Below the pieces are notes generated by a model. It was not told the origin of the DNA and searched no databases. It was given only the letters and a program-made list of their open reading frames with translations. This document shows positions 42,384 to 51,785 of a stretch of DNA of 64,000 bases, piece by piece (positions within the stretch are counted from its first letter, which is position 1; each line of letters starts with the position of its first letter). The stretch is taken from positions 68,758 to 132,757 of the forward strand of contig SVFI01000002.1 in assembly GCA_015056905.1 (NCBI GenBank), read 5' to 3'. Origin of the DNA: Lachnospiraceae bacterium. Its GTDB lineage: Bacteria; Bacillota; Clostridia; Lachnospirales; Lachnospiraceae. The translations under genes were made by a program, and so were the position numbers.

Positions 42384-45300
42384 ATGAAAAAACAAAAATG
42401 GCTGGCCACCGCATTGGCTACTCTGCTTGTTGCCTCCATGACGACGACATCTGTGCCGGCAACGGTACTCAGCGCAGACAACACAAGCGTATCACAGAAT
42501 GATATTACTGCGCCTGTAATTGAAGTTTCCGAAACAGAGACTCCGGCCGAAACCGCAACAAACGAAACGACCATCAATGTATCCGCCGCTTCCGGCACCG
42601 ATATTACTACCGCGCTCCAGGCAGCTTTGGATCAGGCGCGTGACAACAATAATATATCCGCCGTATCGGATGCGATTACTGTCGTCAAAGTCCCTGCCGG
42701 AAGTTATACATTATCTAACACCTTATCCATTTACAGCAATACGACATTAGATTTGACCGCCGGTGTTACACTTACCTCAGTAGCAGAGAGCATACACATG
42801 TTAATGATCGGTCCTTCCGAAAACGAACATGCGTATAACAAATCCGAAGCCGTTGCAGGTTATGGCGGATATAAGAACATTACAATCAACGGCGGAAGCT
42901 TCGTTGCTCCTGCAAGCAATACTTTTACACAAATGCGTCTGGCCCATGCGACAAACGTAACTTTAAACGGCGTGACCATCGCAGGCGGAACGAACGATCA
43001 TATGGTGGAAGCTGCTGCCATTGACGGTTTCTATGTGAGCGGATGTACCTTCCGTGACATGGCCGCATCCACAAAAGTCGCAACACGCGAAGCACTCCAG
43101 CTTGACCTCGCCGTTGCGGACAGTATTTACCCGAACATCTATCAGGATGGAACGATGATGAAGAATGTTACCATCCAGAATTGTACCTTTAAAAATGTTT
43201 CACGCGGTATCGGTTCCCATTCCATGTTGCTCGGCGCCGACAATACGAATATCAAAATTCTCAACAACACGTTCCAAAACGTGGAACAGGATTGTATTGT
43301 CACATTAAACTACGTCAATTGCGAAATTTCAGGCAATGTGATGACAGGCTGCGGTTCCGGAATATTGGTGCAGTCCTGCAAAGCGAGCCCGACTACAATT
43401 TACACAACCGTCCAGAACGGTGCGCAGAAATATTCCGGTAACTTTACTTCGAATGTAAACACCATTATTAAAAACAATACAATCACCACCCGGTACAACA
43501 GCTGGAACGATACTATCTTCGGTATTAAATTGTACGGCCGGAACATTACGAGTGCTGAATATAACTCAAACGACGGCGGAACCGTTCCTGCAGGCGACTA
43601 CTATCTGAGTGGTGTGCAGGTTTTAAATAACACCATCACAACTGCCGGTTACGGTATCCATATGGCAGATGCTAAGAACTGTATTTTATCCGGAAACAAG
43701 ATTACAGGTTCCGGCTATGACACAACAAACGATGCTCTTGCCAAGAGCGCAAGCTACAGTGGTATACATATCGCAGCCGGAAGTACAGGAAACAAAGTCA
43801 CAGGCAATACTGTCTCCTCCGTGCAGTGCAACGGTATTTACCTTGCAAACAGCTCTGCAACCGAAGTCACAAGTAATATCATTAACAATCCTGCCAAAGA
43901 CGGCATTAACATCGCAGAAGGCATCGGTGCCACCGGAAACATTGCAGACAACTCCGTTACAAATGCAGGGGAACACGGCATTGTTATCCACGGCAAGACA
44001 ACCGTCGGAAGCGTAAAATCCAACACAGTAAATACCGCAAAAGGAAACGGAATCCATATTTCCGACCGCTCCACAGCAACGGACGTTACATCCAACACAG
44101 TACAGAAAACTACCGGTCACGGAATTTCACTTTTAGATTCCTCAACCGGAACAATCACAGGCAATAAAGTAACAAGCGCAGGAGCTTCCGGAATCCAGCT
44201 CAAAGGTTCTAAGGCCGGTGGCAGCATAACCTCAAACTCCGTTACTTCCAGCACTGACAACGGTATCTGCTTATATGATTCTGCTTCTGTGACCGGAAAT
44301 ATTTCCGGCAATAAAATTTCCAAAAGCAAATCCAACGGTATTGCACTCGGAAGCTCTTCCAAAGTAATCGGAAACATTACAGGAAACTCGATTAGTTCCA
44401 GTGACAACAATGGTATCGGTGTGACGAACGGAGCCTCTATGCAGGGAAATATCGAAACCAACACCATTACTTCATCTGATAAGACAGGTATCCAGGTTTC
44501 CGACAAAGCTTCCATGAACGGAAATATTTACAAAAATACAATTACGACCAGCGGTGTGAACGGTATCAACATCAGTACCTCCACCAAAATCACAGGAAAC
44601 ATTAAAGAAAACTCAATTACAGATTCCAAAAAGACAGGTATCAATCTTTTTGACAGTTCGGTCTTAACCGGAAATATTGACACGAATAAGATTAAAAATT
44701 CCGACAACAACGGAATCTGCGTAAGTGACAGTTCTACGTTAAACGGAGATATTATCGGCAACACAATCACCTCATCCGACAAGACAGGTATTCAGGTTGC
44801 TTCCAAGTCAACCGTTTCAGGCAGCATTAAGAGCAATACCGCAAAGACCAACGGCCTGAACGGCATCAGCGTAATCTCTTCCTCAAGCGTTGGCAAAGAC
44901 ATTGCTTCCAACACGATTACAAGCAATAAAAAGAACGGTCTCAACCTTGACAAAGCCACCATCGGCGGCAGCATAAAAGGAAACAAAATTTCCACATCCA
45001 CCTACAACGGTATCGGTATTACGAACAAATCCAAAGTAAAAGGAAACATCGAAAAAAATAAGGTAGATGCTTCCAAGAAAACCGGTATTCAGGTGGACAA
45101 GAAATCTGTTGTTTCCAAACAGATTAAATCCAATACCGTAACAAACAGCACCGCAAACGGAATCTGCGTACTCGGCGCTTCCACCGTAAAGAAGGGCATT
45201 GTTTCCAACACGGTGAAAAAAGCCAAAAAATTCGGAATCTACTTTGTAGACAAAGCAGTCATCGGCGGAAATGTAGAAGGGAACAAGATTACCTCCTGCA

Positions 45301-45689
45301 ACACCGCGATTGTAACATCGAAAGATTCCTCTGTGGCTATCCGCATTAATACATTATCAAAGAATAAAAACAACTACAGCCGTATCGTTTCCACTTCACT
45401 CCTCGTGAAATCGGTAAGCAAACCGACATTGAAATCTGTTTCCAAAAAAGGAAACACGATAAACGTGAAATGGAACAAAGCGAAGAAAGCCAACGGTTAC
45501 CTTGTTGAAATCTCTACAACCAAAGATTTCAGCAAAATTTACAAATCGTACTCGACTTCTTCCACAAGCGCTGCAATCAAGAAGGTAGCGAAAGGCAAAA
45601 CTTATTACGTGCGCGTATCTGCTTACAGAGGCGCCGGAAAAGCACGCATCTACAGTGGTTACAGCAAAGTAAAGAAGATTAAGCTTTAA
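42384..45689 (+). CDS. Secreted giant right-handed parallel beta-helix protein (pectate-lyase-fold head, long PbH1 repeat array, C-terminal basic Fn3-like module)
   Basis: It has a signal peptide (MKKQKWLATALATLLVASMTTTSVPATVLSA). The head segment is TDITTALQAALDQA...VVKVPAGSYTL. About 20 tandem units of about 25 aa follow. The last 89 aa resemble the protease C-terminal repeats (TYYVRVSAY). Confidence 0.85.
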   Translation: MKKQKWLATALATLLVASMTTTSVPATVLSADNTSVSQNDITAPVIEVSETETPAETATNETTINVSAASGTDITTALQAALDQARDNNNISAVSDAITVVKVPAGSYTLSNTLSIYSNTTLDLTAGVTLTSVAESIHMLMIGPSENEHAYNKSEAVAGYGGYKNITINGGSFVAPASNTFTQMRLAHATNVTLNGVTIAGGTNDHMVEAAAIDGFYVSGCTFRDMAASTKVATREALQLDLAVADSIYPNIYQDGTMMKNVTIQNCTFKNVSRGIGSHSMLLGADNTNIKILNNTFQNVEQDCIVTLNYVNCEISGNVMTGCGSGILVQSCKASPTTIYTTVQNGAQKYSGNFTSNVNTIIKNNTITTRYNSWNDTIFGIKLYGRNITSAEYNSNDGGTVPAGDYYLSGVQVLNNTITTAGYGIHMADAKNCILSGNKITGSGYDTTNDALAKSASYSGIHIAAGSTGNKVTGNTVSSVQCNGIYLANSSATEVTSNIINNPAKDGINIAEGIGATGNIADNSVTNAGEHGIVIHGKTTVGSVKSNTVNTAKGNGIHISDRSTATDVTSNTVQKTTGHGISLLDSSTGTITGNKVTSAGASGIQLKGSKAGGSITSNSVTSSTDNGICLYDSASVTGNISGNKISKSKSNGIALGSSSKVIGNITGNSISSSDNNGIGVTNGASMQGNIETNTITSSDKTGIQVSDKASMNGNIYKNTITTSGVNGINISTSTKITGNIKENSITDSKKTGINLFDSSVLTGNIDTNKIKNSDNNGICVSDSSTLNGDIIGNTITSSDKTGIQVASKSTVSGSIKSNTAKTNGLNGISVISSSSVGKDIASNTITSNKKNGLNLDKATIGGSIKGNKISTSTYNGIGITNKSKVKGNIEKNKVDASKKTGIQVDKKSVVSKQIKSNTVTNSTANGICVLGASTVKKGIVSNTVKKAKKFGIYFVDKAVIGGNVEGNKITSCNTAIVTSKDSSVAIRINTLSKNKNNYSRIVSTSLLVKSVSKPTLKSVSKKGNTINVKWNKAKKANGYLVEISTTKDFSKIYKSYSTSSTSAAIKKVAKGKTYYVRVSAYRGAGKARIYSGYSKVKKIKL
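43803..45320 (+). repeat. Coding tandem repeat array: about 20 degenerate units of about 75 nt (24-25 aa) forming beta-helix coils
   Basis: The consensus is N-[TSK]-[IV]-x-x-[ST]-x-x-x-G-I-x-[VL]-x-x-x-S-x-[VL]-x-G-[NS]-I-x-x. Examples are NSISSSDNNGIGVTNGASMQGNIET and NTITSSDKTGIQVSDKASMNGNIYK. The units have diverged at synonymous sites. Confidence 0.7.
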
Positions 45690-45703
45690 AGCACCATACA
45701 CGC

Positions 45704-45741
45704 AAAAAGAAGCATTGCCTCGCAAAGCAATGCTTCTTTTT
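45704..45741. terminator. Bidirectional intrinsic terminator between the convergent beta-helix and TagF-like genes
   Basis: There is a perfect 15-bp stem, aaaaagaagcattgc (45704-45718) with gcaatgcttcttttt (45727-45741), and an 8-nt loop. An A-tract lies 5' and a T-tract 3', so it reads as a terminator on both strands. Confidence 0.7.
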
Positions 45742-45751
45742 CATTTTATTT

Positions 45752-47548
45752 TTATATCGCATCTTCCTCTTCGCCCTCTTCCTCGAGAAGCCTTAAGCCT
45801 CCCAATGTAAAGTCAAGCGATTTACGGTAATCATTTTCCGCCTTTACGCGGGCAAGATCTTCCACCACATCCTGCGGAAGATTTCCGAGTACAAGCCAAT
45901 CAATGACACGATCCGACGCACCGGAATCAATGTAATCAAAGTGGTGATCCACATACTCCTGTACCTTTTCTTCTTCGAAATCCTTCTCGCGAATTGCCCG
46001 AAGCAGCTCATCAAACGTATAAACAACCTTTCCCGGCGCAGATTCCTCATACGGTCTGTGAAATCCTCTTGAGAACGAATACTGAATCTTATCAAACGCA
46101 AAGAATAACATCGGATTCTTCATCAGGGAATACTCAAAAATATTGGAAGAATAATCTGTGATAAGCAAATCCGTAATGTAGAACAAATCGTTAATATTCG
46201 GGAAATCGGCGACATCCTTGAACTTATCTTTGTATTTCTTAGCAATCGGCACTTTTTTGTGTACCCACGGATGCATCTTAAACAATACCACATACTCATC
46301 GCCGCACACTTCATAAAGTTGCTCAAAATCAATCAAATCATACGGATAAAAGGCATCTTTTTTGTTTCTGCCGCGGTACGTCGGTGCAAACAGAATGACC
46401 TTTTTACCTTTGCAGAGCGGGTATTTCTCGTAAATTTCCGCCGTCTTTTTCTCCCTGTACCCTGCCTCCAGATATTCATCCATACGAGGCATTCCTGTCG
46501 CAAGCACCTGTTCATCATTCATCCCCCATACTTCAGAGAAGAAATGGGCAATGTTTTTAGACCCCGCAATACCAAAGCTGTACTGTCTGTGGCACGAGAC
46601 CGGATTCGGACATCCGACGTGTCCCCAGCGGCTGTAACCGGACGATTTAAAACCTGCACCCGCATGCCAAAGCTGAATCACTTTCGTATCGTCCGTAAGC
46701 TTTAACCAGTCCAGACATGGCGCATGGTCATCTAAAAATACTATTCCGCTCTTTGAGAGCTTATTCATCAATATAATCCAGCTCTTGACACCCTGCCCAC
46801 GCTCACTTGCCGCACGCGCGGAAAACAGGATATTGTAATCTTTATCCATTCCTCTTTCGAGCATTCTGTCAGAAACCGCCTTCAAATTGGATGCAATTCT
46901 CTCAGACTGCTCCGTCATAAACAGAATCGTGTTCTTTTTCTTTGACTTATTGACAATACAAAAGAATTGATAAATTACACGGACAATATTTTTTCTTCCA
47001 AGCCACGTATCTCTCAAATCCTTAATCGGATGGATACGATTTCTCATACGGGAACGTTGCGGGAAGTTCATACTCACACGCCCCGCCGCCTGCAGAATCA
47101 TCTCAAACGGCAGATTTTCTGCACCCTCTTCCACGGCAAACGTCGCAGAATACACTCTGCGGCGCCCCGAATAGAGAAAGTTTCTCGAGCACTCATCCAC
47201 CTTGGCAACCACTTCGTGCGACATCTCACAATCTGCCAGAATCTCTGTCCCCTGACAAACCTCAATCATGTAGCACCCGGAAGGAATACACGCATTTTCA
47301 CCGCTGTTGGTCACATTGAGCCGCAGATGATATACGCCATCCTGTACGTCGATTTGTTTACACGCCGCAGGACATTCATACGTCAATTTATCTACCAGAT
47401 AAAACGCCAGCGGTTGCTTCGTGATATCCACCGTCTCATCGTTTACATCCACCTTAATATAAAGGTGCATGAAAATTCGCTCCCACTGAATGTCCATGAC
47501 TGTCGCCGTAATTAATTTTTCTCCCAAACGATCCATCATTTTTTCCAT
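45752..47548 (-). CDS. CDP-glycerol/CDP-ribitol poly(alditol-phosphate) phosphotransferase, TagF/TarL family (polymerase candidate)
   Basis: 598 aa. Motifs are QLWHAGAGFKSSGY, ILFAPTYRG and LITDYSSNIFEYSL. It has an N-terminal extra domain and an acidic tail. Confidence 0.85.
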   Translation of the reverse strand: MEKMMDRLGEKLITATVMDIQWERIFMHLYIKVDVNDETVDITKQPLAFYLVDKLTYECPAACKQIDVQDGVYHLRLNVTNSGENACIPSGCYMIEVCQGTEILADCEMSHEVVAKVDECSRNFLYSGRRRVYSATFAVEEGAENLPFEMILQAAGRVSMNFPQRSRMRNRIHPIKDLRDTWLGRKNIVRVIYQFFCIVNKSKKKNTILFMTEQSERIASNLKAVSDRMLERGMDKDYNILFSARAASERGQGVKSWIILMNKLSKSGIVFLDDHAPCLDWLKLTDDTKVIQLWHAGAGFKSSGYSRWGHVGCPNPVSCHRQYSFGIAGSKNIAHFFSEVWGMNDEQVLATGMPRMDEYLEAGYREKKTAEIYEKYPLCKGKKVILFAPTYRGRNKKDAFYPYDLIDFEQLYEVCGDEYVVLFKMHPWVHKKVPIAKKYKDKFKDVADFPNINDLFYITDLLITDYSSNIFEYSLMKNPMLFFAFDKIQYSFSRGFHRPYEESAPGKVVYTFDELLRAIREKDFEEEKVQEYVDHHFDYIDSGASDRVIDWLVLGNLPQDVVEDLARVKAENDYRKSLDFTLGGLRLLEEEGEEEDAI

Positions 47549-47549
47549 A

Positions 47550-48806
47550 TTAACCGTCTACTTCCTTGTCCACTATTTTCTTTATGAGGGCAACCACTCT
47601 CTCCGCTGCCCTTCCATCTTCCACGGAACCTTTCTCCTGTAGGAATCTCACACGCTTCTCTTCGTATGCCGCCTCATCAAAACCCTCGATGCAATCCAAA
47701 AGCTGTTTGCAGATACGCGCTAAAGGAAACGGTGTCTCCTCCAGCGGATAATACAGCCCCCGCAAATCCTCGTAATCCTCGTAATCCTCCGCATACAGAA
47801 AACCCGGTCTACCCGTCAGCATAAAATCAAAAATCGCACTCGAATAATCCGTAATCACAACATCTGCTGCCGCGAGAAGCTCCTGAATATCCGGATAATC
47901 CGTCACGTCTATCACATTCTCTTCCGACATCTGCAAGCTCTGCGCGGCAATGCGTGGATGATTGCGAAGCGCAAATACCCAGTCACCGCCAAAACGCTTA
48001 TGCAGACTTTCAAGTACCGCCTCTTTATCCGGCACAGATACCGATGACTTATCCTGATCCCGGAAGGTCGGAACAAACAACACCATCCGCTTCCCTTCAA
48101 GACTGTATGTCTTACGCACTTTATCATAAGTCGCCTGCATACCATCCACCAGTATATCATTTCGCGGATGTCCGTATTCCAAAATCTTTCCCGCGCCCCA
48201 GAACGCATCCTTATACACCTGTGTCTCAAATGCGCTGTTGGATATCCAGTAGTCCGTGTAATCCGCATTTTTCTTTGCAAGCGAAACCCACGCCCGGTCG
48301 CGATTTAAGTACCCGCAGTTTCCTTCTATCTTCTTAATACCAAACGAACCGTGCCACATCTGTATATAGTACTGTCCGTCCCGCTTCAAAAGCCCTTTGT
48401 TCAAATAGTGTACCATCTGGAAGTTTTTGACCCAGACCTGCGCTGTCGCATACTCATACATTGCCTGCTCCGAACCATACTCCACAAGCCGCACCTGCTC
48501 CGGAAACTCCCCGCGTCGATTGTGGACATCTTTTACAACCCACACCAAGTCAAGTTCTCCTGCCAACTCAGGTTCGTTTGCAAGCAAAAATTCGAGTACA
48601 TACTTACCGTTACATCCGTAACCACTACCCATGTAGTTGTCAAACACAACCTTTCCTTTGACAACCGATTCATTATCATACTTTTTATGAAACGAAGCAG
48701 TAAACCTCTTCCGATACACAAACGGAGTAGCCTTCAGGCGGTACACTTTGTACTCGTCTTCTATCGTATAATCAATTATTTTTTTTGCCATGGAACGAAG
48801 TGACAT
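47550..48806 (-). CDS. TagB/TagF-family glycerol-/ribitol-phosphotransferase (primase candidate)
   Basis: Motifs are QMWHGSFGIKK, VLFVPTFRD and VITDYSSAIFDFML. The start is ATG 48806 (MSLRSMAKK) with a GGAGAA RBS. The longer ORF-track start overlaps the upstream GT2. Confidence 0.85.
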   Translation of the reverse strand: MSLRSMAKKIIDYTIEDEYKVYRLKATPFVYRKRFTASFHKKYDNESVVKGKVVFDNYMGSGYGCNGKYVLEFLLANEPELAGELDLVWVVKDVHNRRGEFPEQVRLVEYGSEQAMYEYATAQVWVKNFQMVHYLNKGLLKRDGQYYIQMWHGSFGIKKIEGNCGYLNRDRAWVSLAKKNADYTDYWISNSAFETQVYKDAFWGAGKILEYGHPRNDILVDGMQATYDKVRKTYSLEGKRMVLFVPTFRDQDKSSVSVPDKEAVLESLHKRFGGDWVFALRNHPRIAAQSLQMSEENVIDVTDYPDIQELLAAADVVITDYSSAIFDFMLTGRPGFLYAEDYEDYEDLRGLYYPLEETPFPLARICKQLLDCIEGFDEAAYEEKRVRFLQEKGSVEDGRAAERVVALIKKIVDKEVDG

Positions 48807-48817
48807 TTCCGGTTCTC

Positions 48818-49639
48818 CTATCTCTTCCGCAACACGCGGTGATAAAACAGCTGTCGCAGCCGGTTCGGCAAAATACTGACCGCCACATGTCCGGTCACCG
48901 TATATATAAAATCTCCAAAGGAACAAAATCCGCTTTTTAATAAATATAATCTAAATTTAATAATCGATGACGCATATCGAAAACCGCCGCGTCTCCCGTG
49001 CATTCCGGTTGCACGCATCTTCAATATCGTATCCTGCAAATTATAGCCACGCATACCTGCCATAAGCATCCGCACCCAAAGGTAATAATCTTCAAAGCCT
49101 TCGAAATGCTCATATCCGCCCGATTTAATTACAGATGTTTTTTTATAACAGACACAAGGATGGTTAAACGGATTTCTTCTGCGCGCAAATTTCCGTATCT
49201 GTTCATGCGTCTCCGGGAGACTGCGCTTATGCGTCCCATCCGGCGCCGCCTCGTCAAACTCTGTCAATGTTCCGCTCACAATATCCACCTGCTGCCCGTT
49301 TAAGACCGCCAGCTGCTTTTCCATACGATTCGGAAGACTGATATCATCGCTGTCCATTCTTGCAATATACTCACATCTGCAATGCTTCATCCCCTCGTTC
49401 AGCGCTCTGCCGAGACCGACATTCTCAGGAATGCGAATCACCTGAAACAATTCCGGAAAACGTTCTTCATACTCCGAAACAACCGTATCCAGTTCTTCCG
49501 TCAGGGGACCGTCACAGACTATCACGAAATCTTTCGGCATAATAGTCTGGGAAAGCATACTCTCTATGCTTTCCCTTAAAAATAACGCCTGTTCTTTTAA
49601 ATACACCGACATGAGAACGGAATAATCTGTCTGCTGCAT
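48818..49639 (-). CDS. Glycosyltransferase family 2
   Basis: Motifs are YSVLMSVYLKE, FVIVCDGP and ARMDSDDISLPNR (DxD). 273 aa. Confidence 0.85.
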   Translation of the reverse strand: MQQTDYSVLMSVYLKEQALFLRESIESMLSQTIMPKDFVIVCDGPLTEELDTVVSEYEERFPELFQVIRIPENVGLGRALNEGMKHCRCEYIARMDSDDISLPNRMEKQLAVLNGQQVDIVSGTLTEFDEAAPDGTHKRSLPETHEQIRKFARRRNPFNHPCVCYKKTSVIKSGGYEHFEGFEDYYLWVRMLMAGMRGYNLQDTILKMRATGMHGRRGGFRYASSIIKFRLYLLKSGFCSFGDFIYTVTGHVAVSILPNRLRQLFYHRVLRKR

Positions 49640-49640
49640 T

Positions 49641-51023
49641 TTATTTTTCCTTATCTGTCTTCAGAGCCGTTGTCTGGTTCTGATCGACACCTTCTGTATT
49701 TTCCTTCTGGAATAAAATCTTAAATGTCAGAAGCATCAACTTGATATCCAGCCAAATGGAATAGTGCTCGATATATGCCACATCGAGCTTCACCTTATCG
49801 CGCGGTGTTGTATTGTACTTTCCGTATACCTGCGCATAACCTGTAAGTCCTGCCTTCACCTTTAATCGGAATGCAAATTCCGGAAGTTCCTGCTCATACT
49901 GCTTGAAAATCTCCGGACGTTCCGGTCTCGGTCCTACAAATGACATGTCTCCCTTTAAAATGTTAAAAAGCTGTGGGAGCTCATCCAAATGAAGATTGCG
50001 GATCACCTTACCGACCGGTGTCACACGACTGTCATTTTTCATGGCAAGACGTGCCCCGCCCTTCTCCGCATCCACCCCCATGCTGCGGAACTTGTATATA
50101 TAAAACTCTTTTCCGTCTTTGGTCAGACGAATCTGCTTGTAAATCACAGGACCTCTGTCATACGCCTTGATTGCAATCGCAATCACAAGCATAAACGGTG
50201 ATGCAATGACACAGGCAATCAGCGAAAGCACCACATCCATAATACGTTTTACTGCCTGTTGTTCTCCTGACAGCCCCTGGTTGCGTGACAAAAGAAGCGG
50301 TGTGTCAAACAAATGCATCTCATCAGATCCAATCAGCATCAGGTCTGTTACCTTCGGCACCACATACGTGCGCACAGAATGTATAAAACAATACTTAAGC
50401 ACTTCATTTCTCGGATGGGAAGCCGTCTCACAAATCATGACACCTTCGCATTCCGCAATCGCTTCTTTTATTTTCTCCATGCCTTCACTGACATGAATCT
50501 TTTTGTGAATAAAATATTTATCCTTTCGCGCATTAATCTTGTTAATAAAGTCAACCGGTGTCTTCTCTCCATATACAAGAAGAAGATTGCGCGGCGGATA
50601 CAACTTCATATACAGGAATCTGCACACAAACACCCAAACGAGTATCACAACCACCTGCGCCGCCGTCATTACAAGAAGCGGAACCGGCGTTACATAATCT
50701 CTTGTCAAAAGACAAACCTGAAAATACAACACGACATTCGCACAAAACAGCGACAAAAGCTGCGAATATATGACATCAAACAATCGCAGGTAGCCGACCT
50801 TAAAGCCACCGTACAGCTTGATAAACAGCCAAAGCACAAGCACATACATTGCAATTACGGCCCAGTGACCTCTGCGGTAAAACTGCAATCTTTTCGGCAT
50901 CATCCCGCTGTAATACCCATACCATAAAATCGCATAAAAATATGTGTGAATCAGCATGAGAATCAGCATCTCCAAGCCGTTAATCAGTTTTTTATATCTT
51001 TCTCTCTTTTTCATTTTTATCAT
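49641..51023 (-). CDS. Polyprenyl-phosphate hexose-1-phosphate transferase (WbaP/CpsE-type 'bacterial sugar transferase')
   Basis: 460 aa with 4-5 N-terminal TM helices. The C-terminal catalytic blocks are DELPQLFNILKGDMSFVGPRPERPE and GLTGYAQV. Confidence 0.9.
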   Translation of the reverse strand: MIKMKKRERYKKLINGLEMLILMLIHTYFYAILWYGYYSGMMPKRLQFYRRGHWAVIAMYVLVLWLFIKLYGGFKVGYLRLFDVIYSQLLSLFCANVVLYFQVCLLTRDYVTPVPLLVMTAAQVVVILVWVFVCRFLYMKLYPPRNLLLVYGEKTPVDFINKINARKDKYFIHKKIHVSEGMEKIKEAIAECEGVMICETASHPRNEVLKYCFIHSVRTYVVPKVTDLMLIGSDEMHLFDTPLLLSRNQGLSGEQQAVKRIMDVVLSLIACVIASPFMLVIAIAIKAYDRGPVIYKQIRLTKDGKEFYIYKFRSMGVDAEKGGARLAMKNDSRVTPVGKVIRNLHLDELPQLFNILKGDMSFVGPRPERPEIFKQYEQELPEFAFRLKVKAGLTGYAQVYGKYNTTPRDKVKLDVAYIEHYSIWLDIKLMLLTFKILFQKENTEGVDQNQTTALKTDKEK

Positions 51024-51070
51024 CTCACTTTAATGACCAAGATTCCCCCGAATACCCGGTATTACAGCGC

Positions 51071-51643
51071 TTACATGTTTCGTTCTTTGCGATAATCGGA
51101 AATCCCGCCCCATTTCGTATCCTTTTCGGATAAGATAAGGTCTTCTCTCGTCATGCCTTCCGGAAGCGGCCATTCCACTCCGATTTCCGGGTCTGACCAG
51201 AGCAGTCCTCCCTCATCGTTTGCATGGTAAAAATCCGTACATTTGTATGCAAATTCCGCATAGTCGGAAAGCACTACAAATCCGTGTGCAAAATTCTTCG
51301 GAATAAAGAACTGTTTCTTATTCTCTGCGGAAAGATGTACACCGTACCACTGTCCGAATGTCGGCGAATCTTTACGGAGGTCAACCGCAACATCATAAAC
51401 CTCACCGCTGACAACACGAACAAGCTTGTCCTGCGGGAAGTTAATCTGAAAATGAAGTCCGCGGAGAACACCTTTCTTGGAAGCTGACTGATTATCCTGC
51501 ACAAATACCTGGTCAATACCTGCCTCCTTAAAATCATTGTAATTGTATGTCTCCATGAAATATCCTCTGGCATCTCCGAACACCGTCGGTGTGATAACCT
51601 TGAGACCTTCAATGTGACATGTCTCCACTGTTATTTTTCCCAT
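51071..51643 (-). CDS. rfbC: dTDP-4-dehydrorhamnose 3,5-epimerase
   Basis: Motifs are DARGYFMETY, GVLRGLHFQ and FAHGFVVLSD. 190 aa. Confidence 0.95.
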   Translation of the reverse strand: MGKITVETCHIEGLKVITPTVFGDARGYFMETYNYNDFKEAGIDQVFVQDNQSASKKGVLRGLHFQINFPQDKLVRVVSGEVYDVAVDLRKDSPTFGQWYGVHLSAENKKQFFIPKNFAHGFVVLSDYAEFAYKCTDFYHANDEGGLLWSDPEIGVEWPLPEGMTREDLILSEKDTKWGGISDYRKERNM

Positions 51644-51680
51644 AGTTTCTCCTCATTTCTGTTTTCCTATAAAACATGTC

Positions 51681-51708
51681 AAAAGCATACAAAATATTGT
51701 ATGCTTTT
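51681..51708. terminator. AT-rich palindromic hairpin (weak bidirectional terminator or leader structure)
   Basis: The sequence aaaagcatacaa-aata-ttgtatgctttt is a 12-bp perfect stem, but only 3 of the pairs are G:C. T-runs follow on both strands. It lies between the amidase gene stop and the rfbC start. Confidence 0.4.
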
Positions 51709-51727
51709 ATTTTTTTCCACTATTTTT

Positions 51728-51756
51728 AGTATATGAAATCAGTGGCTGTTCGTCAA
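51728..51756 (-). promoter_or_regulatory. Candidate sigma-A promoter upstream of rfbC
   Basis: On the minus strand the sequence reads TTGACG (51756-51751) - 17 nt - TATACT (51733-51728). Confidence 0.4.
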
Positions 51757-51785
51757 TATGTTTTATTGTGTAAAAAACGTGTCCT

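Noticed and set aside
43686-45001. Chain of minus-strand ORFs (43686-44120, 44117-44515, 44528-44782, 44792-45001) opposite the beta-helix repeats
   Set aside because: The periodic, stop-poor composition of the sense-strand repeats keeps the antisense frame open. The products are repetitive nonsense (PV/EL-rich) with no starts or RBSs, and the sense gene has a signal peptide, an RBS and a terminator.
43803-45320. Possible CRISPR array or non-coding tandem repeat (regular ~75-nt periodicity)
   Set aside because: The periodicity is in-frame and degenerate at the DNA level. It translates into canonical beta-helix coils within one long ORF. There are no identical direct repeats or unique spacers, and no cas genes.
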